Origin: Octopus sinensis
Taxonomy: Eukaryota
DNA length: 64,000 nucleotides
Reading direction: 5' to 3'
Assembly (NCBI RefSeq): GCF_006345805.1
Contig: NC_042999.1
Span: forward strand, 46,562,001 to 46,626,000
The notes under the pieces are model-generated. The model did not search any database. It worked only from the letters and a program-made list of their open reading frames with translations, and was not told the origin of the DNA. A program made the translations under genes and the position numbers. This document shows positions 1 to 11,679 of the stretch, in pieces; the first letter of the stretch is position 1; the number at the start of each line of letters is the position of its first letter.

Positions 1-756
1 AGAAATAATAATAACAATTGAATTATATGTAGTAAGTAATAATTAAAATCAAACTAAAGTATAATATAATCGTAACATAACAAAAGTAAAAATAGCAATT
101 GGTATAAAATTGCATCAATGATCTGAACTTGAATAAGTAGTTTCACATGAATGAGAATAAATTAAAAATAAAATTAGTGTGCAGAAATGGAATAGTCCAG
201 ATGGATGATAAAAAATTAAATTAGAGAAAAGTCTATAAAGTATACAATGTAGAGAAAAAAGAAGATTTGAACACCTGGAGGAAAGCACCTTCGAAAAGTG
301 TCTTAGTGCGACTTCAAAGGATATCTAACCAGAGGCGCTAAATTCGCCACAATAGAAGCAAGTTTCGAGTCAACGGAGCGTGCAAGAGAGTACTCGACTC
401 GAACTTGCAAAGTGGAAATATTTTATTTTAACCTTTATATCTGGGACGTAGGACGTCCCGGGTAAAAATTAACCCCCCCCCACCAGAAGTAGAGGTAGGC
501 TGGATTATAGCCACACTTCTATACAAGAGGGAGGACAAGATACAATTGATTGAAATTACAAGAGACGGGCTAAAAATTCCAGTCTGTTATATATTTTGAG
601 TATTGTTATCACTAGCGATATCAAGATATAACTTTGTATTTTGTATTTTATGTGTAGATGTATATATATAGATGTACATGTAATATGTACACATATATAT
701 ACACATATATACATGCACTGGCACTATGACCCGGCAACGACTGGTCATAATGCTAG
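1..756 (+). mobile_element. Helitron-like element, 3' portion (5' end not seen)
   Basis: Subterminal hairpin TATGACC-cggcaacgact-GGTCATA (725-749), then CTAG (753-756) and T, running into (TA)n. This is the canonical Helitron 3' end. Left boundary unknown. Confidence 0.65.
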
Positions 757-788
<32 letters not shown>

Positions 789-855
789 TACATATACATA
801 TATACTTATATACACAAATATATATGGATATATATATGTATATATTTATTAAGAG

Positions 856-892
<37 letters not shown>

Positions 893-893
<1 letters not shown>

Positions 894-1401
894 TAGCAGT
901 ATCACCCGGCGTTGCTCGGGTTTGTAAGGGAAATAACTATATAAGCATTTTTAGAGAGTTACTTCCCTTATAAATTCGGGCTTTCTTAGCCATTTTTGTT
1001 TTGGTGTCTTCAAGCCATGAAGTCGTTGTTCTAAAAGAACGCTGGTCTCCTTCACAACGCATTACGACGTTGATTTCTTTACACTCCCTTCCCCACAGCT
1101 TCACGAGGGAGGGAAGAAGGGGGAGAAGCAAACAGGTGCAGCTGTGAGCGTGGACGCCAACTCCGCCGCCATCGACACACGATGCATTTTATGCATTAAA
1201 ATGGAATAAAAAATGATGTTAAATTATTTTTAAAATCGTAGACTCATCGTTGACGCGCGCTAATAGTCAGACGGGCTCGATATGAATCACGACTATAAGA
1301 TACCCGAATTTGGTTAAACTGCACCGCAAAATGTGGGAGGAGTTAGGAATCTAAATCGAAGGGGACAGACACTCATACAACTAGAGTTTTATATATATAG
1401 A
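893..1401 (-). mobile_element. Non-autonomous Helitron (family H1), copy 1
   Basis: Minus strand starts TCTATATATATAAAACTCTAG and ends with hairpin CCCG-agcaacgc-CGGG plus CTAG. Inserted between A and T in (TA)n with no TSD. Near-identical reverse complement of 2380-2884. Confidence 0.85.
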
Positions 1402-1407
1402 TATATA

Positions 1408-1580
1408 TGGCTTGACAACTGATGTTAGTTTGTTTACGTCCTCGCAACTTAGTGCTTCAGCAAAATATACCGATAGAGTAAGTACCATAATTTAGATATA
1501 AGTACTGGAGTCAATTTATTTGATTAAAACTCAATGCGTTGCTCCATCATGGCCACTGTCCGTGTACTGAAACAGCAAGT
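1408..1580 (+). mobile_element. SINE family B, degenerate 3' part
   Basis: Resembles the 3' half of the 14241-14613 element (cttgacaac...ttacgtcc...aacttag...catggcc...actgaaac). Confidence 0.55.
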
Positions 1581-1584
1581 ATAG

Positions 1585-1762
1585 TGGAGAGGATAAGTCG
1601 ATTACGTTGACTCCAATGCTCAACTGGTACTTATTTTATCGACCTTGGGAGTATGATAAGCAAAGTCAACCTCCGGGGAATTTGAACTCGGAACGTAAGG
1701 ACGTTTAAAATGCCAGTAAGCAGGTTGCTCGGCGTGTGAACAATGCTGCCATTTCGCTGACT
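1585..1762 (-). mobile_element. SINE family A, degenerate
   Basis: Reverse complement carries gagttcaaattcc...gactttgc...ggtcgataaaataagtaccagttgagca, shared with 5778-6186. Confidence 0.65.
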
Positions 1763-1889
1763 TAGTCATAACAACGTTTACAATATATGCAAACTTATAC
1801 TTACGCTCACACATTCAGAGGCATCTTCTCTCTCTGTCGCTCTCCGTCTTTCTCCCCCCTCTCTGCCTATCTCTTCGTCTCTCTCTCAC

Positions 1890-1927
<38 letters not shown>

Positions 1928-2260
1928 CGTAACGCGGAGTAGACGAAACAGGGACAACTGAAGAAGGGGAATATTCCTTGTGTGGTGTGTCTTGTTTGAA
2001 AAAAAGTTCGTTTCCATGTTTATGTTTTTATGTTTTCGTGTCTCAAGGTGTTCAGCGTTTTTTTTGTGTAATGTACCCATATATGCATGTATATATACAT
2101 ATAGATGTAGGTATGTACATATATGTATGTATATATGCATATATTTATATATTATTTATATTATCATATGATCGAACGCCGCGCATCCTTTTCCAAGTAA
2201 GTTTTATCCAACCATCTATGTATGTATGTATGTATGTATGTATGTATGTATGTATATATG

Positions 2261-2300
<40 letters not shown>

Positions 2301-2334
2301 CCTCTATCTATCTGTCTATCTATCTATCTCCCCC

Positions 2335-2379
<45 letters not shown>

Positions 2380-2380
<1 letters not shown>

Positions 2381-2884
2381 CTATATATATAAAACTCTAG
2401 TTGTGTGAGTGTCTGTCCCCTTCGATTTAGATTCCTAACTCCTCCCACATTTTGCGGTGTAGTTTAACTAAATTCGGGTATCTTATAGTCGTGATTCATA
2501 TCGAGCCCGTCTGACTATTAGCGCGCGTCAACGATGAGTCTACGATTTTAAAAATAATTTAACATCATTTTTTATTCCATTTTAATGCATAAAATGCATC
2601 GTATGTCGATGGCGGCGGAGTTGGCGTCCACGCTCACAGCTGCACTGTTTGATTCTCCCCCTTCCCTCCCTCGTGAAGCTGTGGGGAAGGGAGTGTAAAG
2701 AAATCAACGTCGTAATGCGTTGTGAAGGAAACCAGCGTTCTTTTAGAACAACGACTTCATGGCTTGAAGACACCAAAACAAAAATGGCTAAGAAAGCCCG
2801 AATTTATAAGGGAAGTAACTCTCTAAAAATGCTTATATAGTTATTTCCCTTACAAACCCGAGCAACGCCGGGCGATACTGCTAG
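2380..2884 (+). mobile_element. Non-autonomous Helitron (family H1), copy 2
   Basis: 5' TC (2380), 3' hairpin CCCGagcaacgcCGGG and CTAG (2881-2884). A|T insertion site inside (TA)n. Confidence 0.85.
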
Positions 2885-2932
2885 TATATATATATATCTA
2901 TATATCTATATACATATCTATATAGATATATC

Positions 2933-2983
<51 letters not shown>

Positions 2984-3066
2984 CTCTCTCTCTCTATCTC
3001 TATATCTCTCTCTCTCTCTATATATATATATATAGATAGATCTATATCTATATATCTATCTATCTA

Positions 3067-3127
<61 letters not shown>

Positions 3128-3137
3128 GTCTACCTAC

Positions 3138-3239
<102 letters not shown>

Positions 3240-3269
3240 GTTTATCTATCTATATGCACATATATGCAT

Positions 3270-3420
3270 ATCAGGCTCCTTAGTTTCCGTTTATGGAATT
3301 TCATTCATGATATGTTTACCAACCCGAGGTTACAATAGAATACATTTGCTCGAGATGCCATGCATTGTGATCGAATGCAAGCCACATGGTGGTACAACGA
3401 ACGTCTTTACAACGTAGTTA
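3270..3420 (-). mobile_element. SINE family B, degenerate 5' part
   Basis: Similar to 14465-14610 (tttccg...cccgaggct/ttacaatagaa...ccatgt). Confidence 0.45.
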
Positions 3421-4363
3421 TGTTTGGTCCTTATTACGTTATCGTTTCATTTTTGTTACTTTCGGTACTCTTTCCGATTGATTAAGCACGTGAATTACTG
3501 TATGGAATAAAATTTTATTGATGTCGAGTTTTTCCTTTTCAGAAAAGTTTCTGAAAGTTTTGCTGTAGAATACTTAACTAATGAATAGAAACAAGATTAA
3601 AGAGAAAAGTTTAGCTTTAGGATTACAATATTTTTCATATTTTCAATGAACAATCTGAATCTATTTACATTTCATTTGAGATTAAAGAAGAAATAATTTT
3701 ATATACAGCATATCAATTCTTTTAAATTTAAATTTGAACTTTCATTCGTAAAACGATACAAAGATGAAAAACAAACGGAATGCATTTTCAATGAATCTAT
3801 ATGCATTAAATGAAGAGAAGGCGTAACTCGAATATTATTATCTTCAATTTAATATATATATATATATATATCTATATATATCACACACTTCAACACACAC
3901 ATATATGTGCAAAATTTGTATAAGCAAGCACAGAAATACACGCATATATATGTGCATATATTTATAAGCACTATAATGAAAAACTGCAAGATTTGATTAT
4001 GTAATCTAACATACAGCTAAAATTTATTAAATTGTTATTCGTACCTACCAACCATTTCAATATAGGATGCTTCTTCAGTCAAATATGAGTAACCGTTTGC
4101 TAAGTCTAAGTGACTGTCAACAACTTTAGCGCTTGTGACTATCAGCGAGTAACTGAAGCATACGGTAGAAGACCCAAGCAATGAACAGATAAAATGTATG
4201 GTTACTGTATATACCAAAGCAATTTGTACTTAATTATGTCCAACAGCGCGCATATATTTTCCCACGGAAGAAAGAAAATATACACCCTACCAACAGATAC
4301 ACTCACACACATACATATACACTCACACACTGTGCATATATATATATATATTATATATATATA

Positions 4364-4406
<43 letters not shown>

Positions 4407-4425
4407 ATATACATATATATATATA

Positions 4426-4970
4426 CGAGCAAAACGCCCCCGTCCAATGGACGGTGCTGAATCATATCTGCTGAACAAAAAGGCAATTAGTGTTTTCTTT
4501 TCATTAAAAAATAATTAAGCATGCCTTTATTACAATAAAATTTTTGGTTTTGTGAAACGAAGTTAAAGCAAAAAAAACCTTCTTTAGAAACCAAATAGTC
4601 TTTCCTTCCTTCATGCCAAGTTTGAAGAAAATATCTCTTTTGCATCTTCCTTTTTGGGTCTCTTAAATATACTGCCTTTTGTGGCATTATTTCAAGCCCG
4701 TCGGCTCTTTTTGCGCAAACTGCACGTGTATTTTTCTCGCGTACGCGTAGTATCGATCGCAACAGCTGATGTACTTGCGCGTAGAAATGCACGTTCCTAC
4801 GGCTTTATCGATTGCATTCTCACCTGGAATCAATTTTTGTAATTTTTTTCAAGACTTATCCACGCCCTGATACCGTCAGTATCTACATATCAAATTTGAG
4901 CGCAATCGGATGGAGGATGCCCGAGACCCTAGAAGACACACTCACACAGACAGAACGGATTTTATATAAC
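4426..4970 (-). mobile_element. Non-autonomous Helitron-like element (family H2)
   Basis: Minus strand starts ttatataaaatccgttctgtctgtgtgagtgtg, like H1, and ends with hairpin CCGTCC-att-GGACGG and terminal CTCG|T inside (TA)n. Confidence 0.6.
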
Positions 4971-4977
4971 ATGTATG

Positions 4978-5015
<38 letters not shown>

Positions 5016-5159
5016 AGTAATTGAATGAATTATCTTATTAAGGCTAATTCGAAAGATAACCGATACCTGGGTAGCAATTCACATCAGAAAGAACACGGTT
5101 GAAGCTACGTCGCTAGGGCGTAGACTACGTGTCTTCGTGCGGAAATTTGTATGTTTATT

Positions 5160-5251
5160 TTAAAATTATAAGTACATGAAAGAATGGACTTGAACGAATA
5201 AAGGATATTTGTTAACTATTCGTTCAACTCCATTCTTTCATATACTTATAA

Positions 5252-5257
<6 letters not shown>
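5160..5257. repeat. Inverted repeat, 41-bp arms with 16-nt loop
   Basis: 5160-5200 versus 5217-5257, two mismatches. Abuts (TA)n. Confidence 0.9.
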
Positions 5258-5282
<25 letters not shown>

Positions 5283-5402
5283 GTCCCTACAGACACACAC
5301 ATAAAAAGTATATATGAATGTGCGTGTTTGTGTCTGTTCGTGCTTTTTTTATGTGTGTCCCCGCGTGAATGTGTGAAATAAAATTTTACTTGTTACATTT
5401 CC

Positions 5403-5740
5403 ATTACATTTCCAGCGACTTTTACAGTGCATGTGTTGATGTCGACCGGTATATTTCTATATTACCACTTATTGGCGTTCATTGTTATTCGAAGCATGCA
5501 TTCATGCAAACTACATCTAATTAATTTTCCATTTCAAGAAAGAGAAAATTACAATTTCGTTAGTTTTCATAATACTTCTCTCCTCCATAAATTTTTGCTT
5601 TCATTTTCAGGCTCCGTTTCAAAATTGCTTTCATAATTCTCTTTCAGTCGTATGCAAACATAAAGATACACAGACATACATATTGCAAACATACAACAAG
5701 TACACTTATACGCAACGCAAAGCGTGTTCCTCAGATCACA
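5403..5740 (+). repeat. 338-bp direct duplication, copy 1
   Basis: Same sequence as 6692-7029 (one substitution seen: gcatGcattc vs gcatAcattc). The ORF track shows the same peptides in both. Confidence 0.95.
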
Positions 5741-5777
5741 ACTTGCTCTCTTTATTCTGTTTATATGTGTGTAAGGA

Positions 5778-6186
5778 GGCGGTGAGCTGGCAGAAACGCT
5801 AGCGCGCCGGGCGAAATGCTTAGCGGTATTTCGTCCGTCGTTACGTTCTGAGTTCAAATTCCGCCGAGATCGACTCTGCCTTTCATCCTTTCAGGGTCGA
5901 TAAATTATGTACCAATTACGCACTGGGGTAGATATAATCGACTTAATCCGTTTGTCTGCCCTTGTTTGTTCTCTCTGTGTTTAGCCCCTTGTGGGTAGTA
6001 AAGAAATGGGTATTTCGTCTGTCGTTACGTTCTGAGTTCAAATTCCGCCGATGTCGACTTTGCCTTTCATCCTTTCGGGGTCGATAAAGTACCAGTTTCA
6101 CACTGGGGTCGATGTAATCGATTTAATACCTTTGTCTGTCCTTGTTTGTCCTCTCTATGTTTAGCCCCTTGTGGGTAGTAAAGAAG
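5778..6186 (+). mobile_element. tRNA-derived SINE family A, dimeric form
   Basis: Head GGCGGTGAGCTGGCAGAA, B-box-like GAGTTCAAATTCC, central GCCTTTCATCCTTTCGGGGTCGATAA..AGTACCAG (resembles the MetaSINE core). A second headless unit starts at ~6010. Confidence 0.85.
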
Positions 6187-6399
6187 TATATATGTGTGTA
6201 AGGGACAACAAGAAAAACACCTACACTGTAGCTAACACTGCTAGAAGTAGCATCCAAAACACTCTCAAATCTTAGTCTACCGTCATGCAAAACAACATCA
6301 CCTATTACTATAGCTCTAGGTTACTTTCACCTGCGATAACGAGCTAAACATCAACACACACACACAATGGAATGATATTCAATGGTAGTCCTACAAAGA

Positions 6400-6667
6400 C
6401 GGCTCCCCAATTTCTTGGTGAGTTACCTGCACAAACGATTTGTTTGTAGTCATCAAATGAGTATGTTGTACATTAGCTCACTTTTCCATGAAATCGACGA
6501 TGCCCGTACAGGTTCATGGTGTACCACACCTCAGGTGTCGAAGTGATCGCAAAACAAGGTAGGATGAAGTGATTTGTTCAAGAATGCAATAGGAGATCCG
6601 GTTCAGGATTTGAAACCAGCATCCCCCTCGATCATGAGTACAGCATCCTAACCACTTGGCCATGCGT
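6400..6667 (-). mobile_element. tRNA-derived SINE family D, degenerate
   Basis: Minus strand starts cgcatggccaagtggttagg (A box) followed by gtttcaaatcc (B box). Related to 16110-16350. Confidence 0.55.
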
Positions 6668-6691
6668 ATGTTTTCATATATATATATATAT

Positions 6692-7029
6692 ATTACATTT
6701 CCAGCGACTTTTACAGTGCATGTGTTGATGTCGACCGGTATATTTCTATATTACCACTTATTGGCGTTCATTGTTATTCGAAGCATACATTCATGCAAAC
6801 TACATCTAATTAATTTTCCATTTCAAGAAAGAGAAAATTACAATTTCGTTAGTTTTCATAATACTTCTCTCCTCCATAAATTTTTGCTTTCATTTTCAGG
6901 CTCCGTTTCAAAATTGCTTTCATAATTCTCTTTCAGTCGTATGCAAACATAAAGATACACAGACATACATATTGCAAACATACAACAAGTACACTTATAC
7001 GCAACGCAAAGCGTGTTCCTCAGATCACA
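6692..7029 (+). repeat. 338-bp direct duplication, copy 2
   Basis: Copy of 5403-5740, sitting between (TA)n and a hammerhead-bearing repeat. Confidence 0.95.
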
Positions 7030-7250
7030 TGTTGATTCGTTAGCTACTGCACGCATTTTTTTTCTCTCTTTTTTTCTCTCCTTCTTTCTGTGTTTTTCTC
7101 TCTCTGTGTATCTTTCTGTTGAAGAGCGTAGGCTCGAAACGTTAAAGACTTGTTTTATTTATATTTCCTGAGCGCCATACTAATACAATTGTTCGTTTGT
7201 TTTCCACCTGCCTTCGTTTTTTGTTTATTTTCATAAAGCTTCCCGTTATA
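7030..7250 (+). mobile_element. Short Penelope-derived / retrozyme-like repeat (family P1) with hammerhead motif
   Basis: Pyrimidine-rich leader, hammerhead motif, shared cctgagcg..taatac tail, ends in (TA)n. Related copies at 29760, 45705 and 51085. Confidence 0.6.
7111..7148 (+). ncRNA. Minimal type I hammerhead ribozyme-like motif (core variant)
   Basis: UCUUU-CUGUUGA-A-GAGC guag GCUC-GAAAC-GUU-AAAGA. Stem I and stem II pair, stem III is palindromic ACGU. The CUGANGA A6 position is substituted. Confidence 0.65.
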
Positions 7251-7258
7251 TATATATT

Positions 7259-7407
7259 GTATTACATACATATAAGAGGGAATTACCACTATGTGGAAAC
7301 CCTAATGCTAGAAGTAGATCCGCTATGGTCATTACCACTAAGAATTGTTCTCTTGAAAATTTAGGGTTTCCACATATTGGTAATTCCCTCTTATATGTTT
7401 GTAATAC
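7259..7407. repeat. Inverted repeat, 47-bp arms with 55-nt spacer
   Basis: 7259-7305 versus 7361-7407, two mismatches. Confidence 0.9.
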
Positions 7408-9167
7408 TATTTACTGAACCTCGGTTTTTTAATATGCTAGACCACTGGTGTTAAATTGATGTTACCAAATTAATATCCAATTTTTCACCGTAATTTTAAT
7501 TTTATATATATATATATATATATGTACACACACATTGTAAATGATCTTCCTATAGTTGTCGGTTTTGCAGTCATGGACACAATGTGGCCTGAAGGGCTTA
7601 CTGAGTGGCATGCTTAAACGAACAGTTACCTAGGAAATTTTTGTAGTGCGGCCCGCCTGATAATAAAACATGTCAGATGAGGTCCACTTCTCAAAATAGG
7701 TTGCGGATACTTGCATTATAAGTTTTTACTGCAATGTAACATGTTACGTTTTGTGCCATATTAAATAAATTGCATAACTAACTGCATGTTGGTTATAGTT
7801 ATTGCTTTCTGAATTATTCTCTACTATACATAATAAAAATTTATTCTGGTCCTTGTAAATTAATTTTCTGTACAAATTCTGCACCAACAGAAATAAAAAT
7901 GAACTGCAGAGAGAAGAATAAAAAAGAAAGCATTTAAATATATATATGCATTTTTGTCGGTTGTTGTTATGTGGTTTTTATTAAAATTTTAATCGTAAAT
8001 GAAAAATGACATGCATATTATTTGCATTCTGAATGCAAACATAAACAATTAAGTGAGCACAAATAAACAAGAATTAAATAAAATACAAATCTCTGTATGT
8101 TGCAAAGCTGCTTTAATAAATAGAAACAATCAAATCAAATATTTTCGGATGTCTAAAATTAGACCATTATCCAAACAGTTTTATTTATTGATTTGAAGAA
8201 CAGTTTTTGACGCAAGTATTATTTTTTGAAAGCAGCAGTCTTTGTAATATTGAATTTGTATATTTCATTGCTCATGTGCGCTTACGTATAATTTTTTAAG
8301 TGTTTACATGCATTTTTGTCAGTTTGACCTTTTGGCATAAAAGAAGGTTATATAATAACATTGCTAGTGCATTCGTTTCAAAATACATACCATAATATCA
8401 GGTGTCAGTTAAGTTGTCTCTAAATTTAAAAAAAAATATTTACCGAATATTTTTGCGGCAAGTACGAGTCGAATTTGAAACTGCCCCACTTTAATAATTT
8501 CTCCGAAATATCACATTGCTATTTTAGTCTTGTTTTTAACATCAACGCGTGAGAGTCTGCAAGGTAGAGGACATTTAGTTGAAACTTTGGTAGTTTATAT
8601 CTACTGTATCACCGACACTGGTTGCATGTCTGTAAACACATACTGCCGTGTAGGAGATCTATTCGTCATTGTGGTAATAATGAAATAAAATAATATTTAA
8701 AAAACGAGCCTTTCGTTCCACTGGGAAAAGGAGTCAATACTTCCTGCGGGTAAGATAGCGCAAACCAAAGAGAGGGTCTTTATGCATCAGTCTGATCTAC
8801 GTAAATGGTAATAACAACTCTCCCTAATCACAACCAACCACCTTAGAAAAAAGGTGCATGCTTACTGCTGTGGTTTCCTGTGAATGATGTCTGAGGTAGA
8901 GACAGTATTTTCACGACTGGAAGTTCCAGTAAAAGCTGAAATGCGCAATGAGATTTGATCAATAATAATAATGTGGAGAAGATACACTGCAATGGTCTTT
9001 AATAATCTGCTACATAACCTGAGATAGATTATCGTAATTCTATATCACAATATATCCGAAATCTTGTCAGATGGATGGATGTTTATGGAGATATGGTATA
9101 CAAAATTTCTTTGCAAATTGCTTTTTTTGTTAAATAGTTGAGGTTTTTGCAAACTAAATAAATAAAA

Positions 9168-9462
9168 CACGGGCTCAAAATCAACTTACAGGCCTACATC
9201 AAGTGCGTGGAGGTGGCAGTGCTTTTTCTGGGTCAAGACGCGGGCTGCTGGAAGACCCTCCTATGTCTAGCAACAGGATTCAGCACCATGTCACACAAGT
9301 AGGAGAACCCAGTGATGGCTGTCAGACAATTTCTGCGACCACATCACCCTAAACAACAAAACTCCTTGAAACACCAAAGATGAACTGAAGACAAGGATTA
9401 TGGCAACATTCACCAACTTAAACAAGGAGACAACCCAGAAGAGTTGCAGGAGATTTCGAAGT
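9168..9462 (+). pseudogene. Tc1/mariner (maT/DD37D-like) transposase fragment
   Basis: Translates, with stops and frameshifts, to GLKIN..AYIKC...GRP.YV*QQDSAPCHTSRRTQ*WLSDNFCDHIT...TKDELKTRIMATFTNLNKET..KSCRRFRS. Confidence 0.75.
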
Positions 9463-9469
9463 TATATGA

Positions 9470-10550
9470 AGGTGGATTATGGAAAAGGCAAGAGAATACC
9501 AAAAGAAGCTGTACATGTGTTTCATCGATTACTCCAAAGCCTTTGACAGCATTGATCATGACAAGTTATGGAAAGTCTGGAGAAAATGGGAACACCTTTA
9601 CAGCTTGTCCAGCTTATTAGATCACTCTATCAAAACCAAGAGGCTACAGTACGGACACCATATGGCGACAGTGATTGGTTTGAGATTGGAAAAGGCACTC
9701 GGCAAGGTTGCATCATGTCACCAGCAGCCTTCAACATGTACGCTGAGAAGGTCACGAGGAATGCAGGCCTGGAGGATAGTAGCATTGGAGTGAGGATTGG
9801 AGGAAGAAATATTAATAACCTTCGCTATGCAAATGATACAACCCTGCTGGCGGAGAGTGGTAAGGATCTGGGGGATCTTGTCCTGCTGGTCAAGAAAGAG
9901 AGTGAGAAATTTGGGCTGTACCTCAATGTTAAGAAAACGAAGATCATGTCAACAGCAGCCACAACTCCTTTTCTACAAAATAAATCGAGATGGTGACTGC
10001 ACTCCAGAAATAAGACGGCGGATAGTACTAGGCAGAGAGGCAATGGTCAGCATGAGCAGGGTCTGGAAGAGTAGAGACATCAGACTCGCTACCAAATGCA
10101 GATTGGTGAATGCAATTGTCTTCCCAATAGCAACATATGGATGCGAGACCTGAACTCTAAAGAAAGCTGACCAGAAGAGAATTAATGCATTCGAGCTTTG
10201 GTGTTGGAGAAGACTTTTGCGGATTCCATGGACAGCGAGACTCACCAATGGAGAAGTTCTTAAGCAGATAAGGCCGAAAATGTCGCTAGAAGCTGGGATC
10301 ACCAAGCGTAGATTGGCATATTTCGGTCATATTATGCGGAGAGAATCCCTGGAGAAGGACATCATGCTCGGAATGGTCAGTGGCAAGAGAGAAAGAGGCC
10401 GAATAAGAACCCGCTGGCTTGACACCATCAGGAGTGATACCGGAATGGACATGGCCAGTCTGAAGGAAGTGGCCCAGGATAGAACTGACTGGAGGACACT
10501 GATCCAACGAGTGACCGAGGGTCAACTTCGACTGAGCGGATAGAGAGATG
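9470..10550 (+). mobile_element. RTE-clade LINE (BovB-like), 5'-truncated RT and C-terminus
   Basis: FIDYSKAFDSIDH, GTRQGCIMSP, NLRYANDTTL, ATYGCET, INAFELWCWRRLLRIPW, YFGHIMR. Frameshifts and a stop are present. Confidence 0.95.
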
Positions 10551-11679
10551 AATAAATTAACTCTTTAGTATTTCAAGATATTTTTATGTAATTTTGGTTA
10601 ATATATCTGTTAAAATGAGGTGTCAGTCTTATTTTGATTTTTGCGCAATTTAGACGACAGTTCATTCCCCTGTATATATATACACGCATATTAGATATTT
10701 TTCGAAGACTGGTAGTTTTCATACGTCTGTTCGGTGCTTATAATATTGATTTGAAACCTAAATCTTTTATGAATTGAAACTAGTTTCAAGCTTGAATGTC
10801 TGCTTTTCTTCACAAAAGTACGCTTCTATTCTGAAACAGAATTCAGATTACAATTAATTTCACATTAGTCTTTCGGCATATATGAGATCTTAAGAAAAGA
10901 AAATAAAGAAAACAAAACAGAAGAGTAATTGATACCACTTATAAAGTGGAACGCCTCAAGAAATCAAGTCCAAGCTATATCATGGAAGCATATATCGGCG
11001 GAATCTGTGCGTGGCTGAAAAGTAACTATTCCTGTTTAATATCATGAACAGAAAGGACGAAACTACTGTCAGATGTTTGGGCAAGAAAGTTTCAGTCTAT
11101 AATTATTTAAATATATTCCTGTATGTTTGAATTACAAACTAGATGAATAACATCTTAAAATGTTTTGCGGCAGTTTGTAAACGATTACCTCACCCCTACT
11201 CTATAGCAGAAGAGAAAAATGTTTTAGAGTGGCATGTTCCGAAAAATATAAGTGCAGATGTACATTAAAAATTATCTTCCCTGGAGTAAAACAACTTTAA
11301 CCGAACGTAGTTATTTCACACGGACGGGCATATCACCTGTAATAAGCCAATGAAATCGATGTATTTAGCACTATCTTGAAAATGTCCACTCTAATCCAAA
11401 TATCATTTTCGCAGGAACGGTGCATTACGCTAAACGTTGTGTAGCAAAACATTGAATTACCAGTTGCCTACATGCCCGCATGCTTACAATGTGTGTGTGT
11501 GTGTGTGTGTGCGCGCGCGCGTGTTGCATATCTTTCTGCAAAAGATTTACCGCAGGACAAGGAAATTGACAGACTGGTGCATTTGAAAAAAAATTACGTA
11601 CGTAATCACATATACGTATGCATATATCTATCACATATATAAGGATTACATTTAATTTATCACCTATGTAACAAAACGC

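Noticed and set aside
1950-2000. CTGAAGA followed by a small hairpin (also minus strand ~54915-54930)
   Set aside because: No properly placed GAAA box or stem III.
937-2840. Twin 63-64 aa ORFs (937-1131 minus, 2649-2840 plus)
   Set aside because: They are internal to the two Helitron copies, so their identity reflects the repeat, not a gene.
5005-5095. Minus-strand CUGAUGU-GAAUUG...CAAUU-ACUC-AAAU, hammerhead-like
   Set aside because: Both core boxes deviate and no stem I is evident. Too degenerate to call.
7580-7712. Possible hAT-type 3' end (tgcggccc...aggttgcggatacttg)
   Set aside because: No partner TIR or 8-bp TSD found.
8398-10675. Possible Tc1/mariner TIR pair enclosing the maT fragment and the RTE
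   Set aside because: Similarity between the two ends is short and weak.
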